Part shown: piece after piece, positions 58,815 to 64,000 of the stretch
Layout: each line of letters opens with the position of its first letter
Numbering within the stretch: the first letter of the stretch is position 1
Origin: a virus
Lineage: Duplodnaviria > Caudoviricetes
Length of the DNA stretch: 64,000 bases
Reading direction: 5' to 3' (one strand)
IMG/VR virus record: IMGVR_UViG_3300045595_000041
Location: 26,206 to 90,205 of that record
Position numbers and translations under genes: made by a program
The notes under the pieces: generated by a model
The model's input: only the letters and a program-made list of their open reading frames with translations
The model's database searches: none
Told to the model about the DNA's origin: nothing

Positions 58815-58900
58815 ACGACGTTTAATCGTGTGATACTTCAGTATTAGGTATTATAAATTATATAGACCTAATGCTTCAAGTTCACAGAGAACAACGTCGT
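58815..58900 (+). repeat. 86-bp imperfect palindrome, copy 9 (between convergent genes)
   Basis: ACGACGTTTAATCGTGTGA...TATTATAAATTATATA...AAGTTCACAGAGAACAACGTCGT. Confidence 0.95.
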
Positions 58901-58903
58901 AAA

Positions 58904-59341
58904 TCATACATGCATGATGCAAGCATTGCCATGCCAGTCTGTATACACTGCATTCTTTACGTTAGCTGCTTTCATCAGCTTCTGGCATCTCTTGCATGGC
59001 TTAGACATCGTAGCTGTGCCATCAGAATAGACTCTAGCTACATAGACAGTAGAATTGCCAGCATCACCTCTGCATGCCTTCAAAGCTTGCTCTTCAGCAT
59101 GTACAGATATGCCTGATGGTCTGTCTAGCATGTATGCAGGATTGTTTCGCATCTTGTTGATTCCTACAGACAGAACATTGTTGCTTCTTACGACTAAAGC
59201 GCCATGTTTCTTCTTGCATGAACTGAGCTTAGCTAGTTCTGTAGCTATGTCAAGCCAATGCTGATGTCTTGCTGATATCATGTCTTTCGTAGCTTTCATA
59301 ACCAGCGACGTTCGAAACCACTTATAGGATGCAATATACAT
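58904..59341 (-). CDS. Zn-dependent CMP/dCMP deaminase-family protein
   Basis: KHGALVV...GIN, HAE, SKPCKRC; own minus-strand promoter 59425-59456; true start may be further downstream. Confidence 0.85.
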   Translation of the reverse strand: MYIASYKWFRTSLVMKATKDMISARHQHWLDIATELAKLSSCKKKHGALVVRSNNVLSVGINKMRNNPAYMLDRPSGISVHAEEQALKACRGDAGNSTVYVARVYSDGTATMSKPCKRCQKLMKAANVKNAVYTDWHGNACIMHV

Positions 59342-59593
59342 TTGATGCTTTGATTAGCTATTACGTCGTTATTGCTTTTGATCCACATTCAATATCGCTT
59401 TCTTGTTTTTGTTCTTATAGTTATATTATATAACATAATAGTACGAAAGTAAAATCTGAAGCATTCCAGTTGTTGTCATGATGATCCAGATTGAAATCGT
59501 TGTTTTGTATCCATATAATTATATAGACTAGTAAATTCACGATTTTACATTTGCTAAAAAGTGTTATATAATATTTATATAGGTTGGTGACAA

Positions 59594-60070
59594 TCTATGA
59601 TAAGATTGTGTTGAGCAATACAGATATGGACATTGTGTCTAGCATATGGTCTTTTGCTGCATGAGCTAATATCGATTGAGTTGATGACTGACATCATACG
59701 ATTTCGATATGCTTGATGGTCATGCAGTACTTTGGATGGCAGTAGCTTTCACATCCAGAAGCAATTCAGCCATGTGTGCAGGTACTGAAATAGCCTGGCA
59801 TCTTTGTTCGTGCTTGCATCTGATGCAAGATGGGATCAGCAACTTCAGAAATGCTGAAATTCATGGTCTGCTTAAGAGGCATAGCCTACGAGTTCCATCT
59901 AATGCTCAGAGCAAATGCAAGCCTGAGGACCACAATATCCTCAATGTCTGCACAGCATAGAATACTCTATATCCGAAGCTTGCTTTATAGACAGCAGTTC
60001 AGGGCTATTTCCCTGAAATAGGACAAGTATGCTTAGAACATGCATCAACATCTAAATATCTTATTATAGA
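59594..60070 (+). ncRNA. Putative large structured non-coding RNA (~480 nt)
   Basis: Promoter 59541-59572; 13-bp terminal helix plus more than 10 nested helices; no credible ORF. Confidence 0.65.
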
Positions 60071-60084
60071 AAGAAGAATCTAAC

Positions 60085-60399
60085 ATGAGCATTGAAAATG
60101 AAAATGAATTTGCAGATGAATCATATCATTCACTATTTACGAAGTCTAAAATGAACAGACTTGCATTCAATCAAGAGCAATGGCTTAAGCTTGATTCAAA
60201 GATTTCGTATGCTTTACTTAATCATTACGTAGACTTGAATGCTAATCTAATCAAAGAACTTGATGTTTTGTATGCTTATACAGAAATGACTTTGCCAAAT
60301 GTTCCAGTAAAAGACAAGAAGGCATTTGATTTGTATGAATCTATCAATAACAGACTTCATATAATGGATACAAGACGTTCAGAACTTGAAAGCATCTGA
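60085..60399 (+). CDS. Hypothetical protein
   Basis: 104-aa ORF. Confidence 0.5.
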   Translation: MSIENENEFADESYHSLFTKSKMNRLAFNQEQWLKLDSKISYALLNHYVDLNANLIKELDVLYAYTEMTLPNVPVKDKKAFDLYESINNRLHIMDTRRSELESI

Positions 60400-60522
60400 T
60401 TTCTGATTTGAAATAGAATGATTTTTCAAATAGACTACGATAGTCATATTGGTCTTCAAACCAATATCTAGCTTGGCAGCAATGCTTGCGAAAAATACGA
60501 GAATCTGAAATGAATTGCAGTA

Positions 60523-61035
60523 ATGCAGAAAGAAGACGATATGCTAGACGATTCAGATATGATAGTCGTAGGTGCTAAAGCATTCAAGAAGAGAAAGAAG
60601 TCTAGAAGGTCTTCCAATCCCATCAAGTATCGCAATTGCGAATCTGAAAGCTTCATCAGAACTGTGCATAGTTATGACAAGCAATTGTTCAAGAGCATAG
60701 ATTCAGAAAACAGTTTCGATTATGTAGACGAATCAGTCAAAAGACGCAATGCAGCAAACTTCATTAGCAAAGCAGCTAGAATGTTCGTATTGAACAAACT
60801 ATACGAAGACAAGAATGTAGTAGATGACATAATGCATGATGCTGATTATGATGCAATAGAAGATGATCTAGACAATTTTGCTGATACTGTCTTATCGAAT
60901 CTGAAATATGACATCAGCGACAATAAAGCATTGCGCAGCAAAGTCAGCAGCATAGTGTCTAGCTTGATGAAAGAAGATGTAATTGACATGCTAGCACAAC
61001 AGTATTCAATGCGTGCTATCAAAAGTATGATGTAG
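60523..61035 (+). CDS. Hypothetical protein
   Basis: 170-aa ORF with a basic patch. Confidence 0.55.
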   Translation: MQKEDDMLDDSDMIVVGAKAFKKRKKSRRSSNPIKYRNCESESFIRTVHSYDKQLFKSIDSENSFDYVDESVKRRNAANFISKAARMFVLNKLYEDKNVVDDIMHDADYDAIEDDLDNFADTVLSNLKYDISDNKALRSKVSSIVSSLMKEDVIDMLAQQYSMRAIKSMM

Positions 61036-61264
61036 CTTTGCTGTCTGCTGCTATGGACAATGATGTTCATGCAAAAGAGAGCAGCGAAAACATCGCAAAC
61101 CGTAGCTTGTTTGATATAATCTATTATATAGAGATATAGGTCTCATCATCAAATACAAGCTATAGGAGCAGCTATCTTGAATTTCATAATGCTTTCTATA
61201 CTAGCAATAGTAGCGATCATATCAGTCATTCTGTCTAAGATAGAGAAGAAGTAGCGAGAAAGTC

Positions 61265-62587
61265 ATGACTGAGCAAGAAAGCTCTCTTGGCCAGGACATG
61301 GTGTTCATGCCCTCTACGCTGCCAGTGCTGTCGTCTATAGACGTAGACAGTATAATGGCTCATTTTGATGATGACGTATATGACAAGACAGCTTCAAGCC
61401 ATCTAAGGCACATTGTAGAAGTAGTATGCGGTCAAGCAGGCTTTGGACAGCTTCTTGCTGCTTCTGTAAAAGACTGGCTTAATGGCGGAGTAGAGACAGC
61501 TTGGCTTGGCTTTGTAGACCAGCTGTTCGCTTCTATATACGGGCTTCCAAGAGTCTATTCTGAAAAGACCTCATTCGATACTGATGCAGCGCTGCTTACA
61601 GTAGACGAAGCTAATGAAGCTCTAGTCAAGGAGTCATGGTACAAAGAGCGCTTCGTCGACATGATGCGTGCTATGAATGATGGCGGTACTGTCAAAGGGT
61701 TCAAGGAAGCAGTAAGATCTGTCACATTCGATGACTGTGAGATGTACGAGACATGGAGATATGAGAAGCGTGATGAGACTGTCGGCAGAATGCAGTACCT
61801 TCTCAGAAATGAAGTAGTCATAGTCCCAGACAACAAAGACATAACTCCTCAGCAGAAAGACCTGCTACTTAGAGTCTTAGACAGAATCAAACCTGCTGAT
61901 GTCATCGTCACTATAGACACAAATGGCTTGGCATCATACAAAGAAGACTCTCTAAGAGACATATCTGCATCTTCGTCATACTTTGAGATAGTCAAGACTC
62001 TGACTAATGCAGTAGACTCATCTAAGCTGCCACCGCCAGAATACTTGTTCGACGAGATAGCTTATGGCTATGATGCAAACTTCAATCTCAATCTTGGCGA
62101 TAAAGCAGAAGTCAGGAAGAGCATGGAGAGAAGGACGCAAGAGTATTCTGAGTACTACGTATACGACAAGTCCAACAACACTCAGATAAAGAACATCTCA
62201 TACCAGTCTGAATACGAGTCTACGACAAAAGACGAGACTAGCTTCTCCGAGAAGACTTCATCGATACAGTGGTCTGACTGGAAGCAATTCGACAGAATAG
62301 ACTCTCCTGACAACTTCCCTGGTGGCAAGTACGGAAAGACTCCATTGAGCGCTCCAGCTCTCAACAAAGACGGATCATCATACACTTTCCAGTATGACAG
62401 CCAGAATGAGTACGAGCTAGAGCAGTCTAAGAGCATAATAGCATCTGGAGGGCAAGTAAGCGGGCATCAGTACAGAATGAAGTCATTCTCGTCATCGTCT
62501 GACATAACGTATCTTCCAGAGATGTCGCTAATGTCTGTCAACAATTCTGATGGCACTCTTTCGATGATGCCTGAGAAGAGCAAGTAG
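61265..62587 (+). CDS. Probable baseplate wedge subunit
   Basis: YKERF......GGTVKGFKEAV and LDRIKPAD motifs typical of P2 gpI-like wedge proteins; precedes baseplate J. Confidence 0.6.
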   Translation: MTEQESSLGQDMVFMPSTLPVLSSIDVDSIMAHFDDDVYDKTASSHLRHIVEVVCGQAGFGQLLAASVKDWLNGGVETAWLGFVDQLFASIYGLPRVYSEKTSFDTDAALLTVDEANEALVKESWYKERFVDMMRAMNDGGTVKGFKEAVRSVTFDDCEMYETWRYEKRDETVGRMQYLLRNEVVIVPDNKDITPQQKDLLLRVLDRIKPADVIVTIDTNGLASYKEDSLRDISASSSYFEIVKTLTNAVDSSKLPPPEYLFDEIAYGYDANFNLNLGDKAEVRKSMERRTQEYSEYYVYDKSNNTQIKNISYQSEYESTTKDETSFSEKTSSIQWSDWKQFDRIDSPDNFPGGKYGKTPLSAPALNKDGSSYTFQYDSQNEYELEQSKSIIASGGQVSGHQYRMKSFSSSSDITYLPEMSLMSVNNSDGTLSMMPEKSK

Positions 62588-62601
62588 GAAAGAAGAACAT
62601 A

Positions 62602-64000
62602 GTGAAGACTCCTGCTGAATGGTCTGATCAGCTTGTCAAAGCACTGAACACTATCGACCCGAACATAAGCACAGATGTCGGAGACCCGATACGAAAGATA
62701 CTGGATGCTGCAGCTTCTGTAGCATCTGGAATCGACATCAATGCTCAAGTCAACATGTCATTCTTCGACATAGACTCGAAAAGCGGCGCAGATCTTGATG
62801 CTCTAGCATCATGGCTTGGCTTTGGCAGACAGAGCGGATTGAAAGCTACAGGTCAAGTCAGATTCTATCTTGACACGCCAGCTACTGTAGAAGTAGACAT
62901 ACCTTCTGACTTCCAGATAACAGACGGCTCGCTGATATACAGCACTAATGATGCAGCAGTCATACCTGTAGCTCAGTACGAAGTATTCGTCAATGCAACA
63001 TGCACTACTCCAGGCGTTCAGGGAAATGCAAATGCTTATTCTATCAATCAGATAGCAAGCAACTTCTACATAAAAGACCTGAAAGTCGAGAACAGATACA
63101 ACTTCACTGGCGGCTATGATGTAGAGACTGACGCAGAGCTTAGAGCTAGAATACGAGCTACATTCTTGCGAAACGTAGCTGGCACAGAAGACGCATACAT
63201 GGGCACGGCTATGAACGTAGTCGGCAACAGCAGGGTCAATGTCATAGGGCCTATCGAGAGATGGGAAGAGCAGCTTGAAGTCATCAATCTTCCGCAATCT
63301 CTAGGCGGTGGCATCGGCTTCAAGTCTATGATACCATGCTCCAAGTTCACATGGCCAAGGCAGACATATCTTGTCAAGGAGCCAGGAACAGCTAATGAGC
63401 ATGCATATGTAGAAGGCAAAGACTACTTCGTAGACACATCGTATGGCTCACAGCCAGTCGTTAAGCTTTACAAGTCATCTGCAGACTTGAATCTTGACAA
63501 CATGTACGGAGCTGACCTGGATGCACTTGGCACTAAGATCGGTCTAGGCAGATTCTCTGGCTCATCTGCTACTGGAACAGTCTCATTCGGTTTCGATGTA
63601 GCTCAGAAGTCTAATTATGTCCTTAAAGCAGGCACAAGACTTCAGGACTCTAGCGGCAATGTGTATTCGACCAAAGCAGACGCTACTATCTATTCAGGAG
63701 CTATAGCATCTGCAGCTGTCCCAGTGGAGTCTGAAGACTTAGCTCCAAGATCTGTAGCATCAGGGTCGATGCTGACTTTGCCAAACAGGTCTGGCTTCAA
63801 ATGCGAAGTCTCTACTCCGATATCTGGAGGGCAGGAGATATGGACAGACGCTGTCTACAGAGCAAAGCTTGCGGATGCTTTCAATGCTAGCGTCAATTTC
63901 AATGTCGGAGACTTCCTGTTCTTCAAGCATGAATACTGCCCTATAGAGTCAAGAAACGACCCTGCAGCCAATCCTCCTCTAGTCAACAAAGTGGATGTGT
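62602..64000 (+). CDS. Baseplate J-like protein (runs off the window end; absent from the ORF track)
   Basis: GTG start; SGADLDALA..LGFGR..G.KATGQVRF, C...G..GN, FTGGYDVETDAELRARI, AGTEDAY. Confidence 0.85.
   Translation, partial: MKTPAEWSDQLVKALNTIDPNISTDVGDPIRKILDAAASVASGIDINAQVNMSFFDIDSKSGADLDALASWLGFGRQSGLKATGQVRFYLDTPATVEVDIPSDFQITDGSLIYSTNDAAVIPVAQYEVFVNATCTTPGVQGNANAYSINQIASNFYIKDLKVENRYNFTGGYDVETDAELRARIRATFLRNVAGTEDAYMGTAMNVVGNSRVNVIGPIERWEEQLEVINLPQSLGGGIGFKSMIPCSKFTWPRQTYLVKEPGTANEHAYVEGKDYFVDTSYGSQPVVKLYKSSADLNLDNMYGADLDALGTKIGLGRFSGSSATGTVSFGFDVAQKSNYVLKAGTRLQDSSGNVYSTKADATIYSGAIASAAVPVESEDLAPRSVASGSMLTLPNRSGFKCEVSTPISGGQEIWTDAVYRAKLADAFNASVNFNVGDFLFFKHEYCPIESRNDPAANPPLVNKVDV

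Noticed and set aside
4017-58900. 86-bp repeats as a CRISPR array
   Set aside because: Dispersed 1-14 kb apart in both orientations, too long, no spacers and no cas genes.
59709-60021. ORFs 59709-59960 and 59830-60021 as proteins
   Set aside because: No RBS, atypical composition, and they lie within an extensively base-paired region better explained as ncRNA.
1-64000. Alternative genetic code or diversity-generating retroelement
   Set aside because: Core genes are full length in the standard code using all three stops; no reverse transcriptase or TR/VR pair was seen.

Overview
A 64-kb segment of a large, AT-rich, contractile-tailed dsDNA phage, almost all coded on the + strand. An actinobacterial host is inferred from WhiB, a DivIVA-domain gene and an actinobacterial-type lytic transglycosylase. 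It carries a near-complete replication set (NAD ligase, DnaE, DnaQ, 5'-3' exonuclease, RecA, DnaC-like loader, DnaB, DnaG) and many nucleotide-metabolism genes. There are four glycosyltransferases, one resembling T4 DNA beta-glucosyltransferase. The terminase is split into two genes about 16.7 kb apart, with a mini-intein in the ATPase half and a tnpB element just before the nuclease half. Tail and baseplate genes and 19 copies of a sigma70-like promoter are also present. The main unexplained signals are four. (1) Nine dispersed intergenic imperfect palindromes, each exactly 86 bp (ACGACGTT...TATAA|TTATA...AACGTCGT). (2) A promoter-driven, highly nested ~480-nt structured RNA at 59594-60070. 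(3) A cluster of non-canonical tRNA-like RNAs around tRNA-Arg(UCU). (4) A candidate DNA hypermodification pathway (Bgt-like + divergent ThyX + dNMP kinase + dCTPase-like), accompanied by apparent CC/GG depletion. All protein calls are by-eye motif recognition; no database searches were run.
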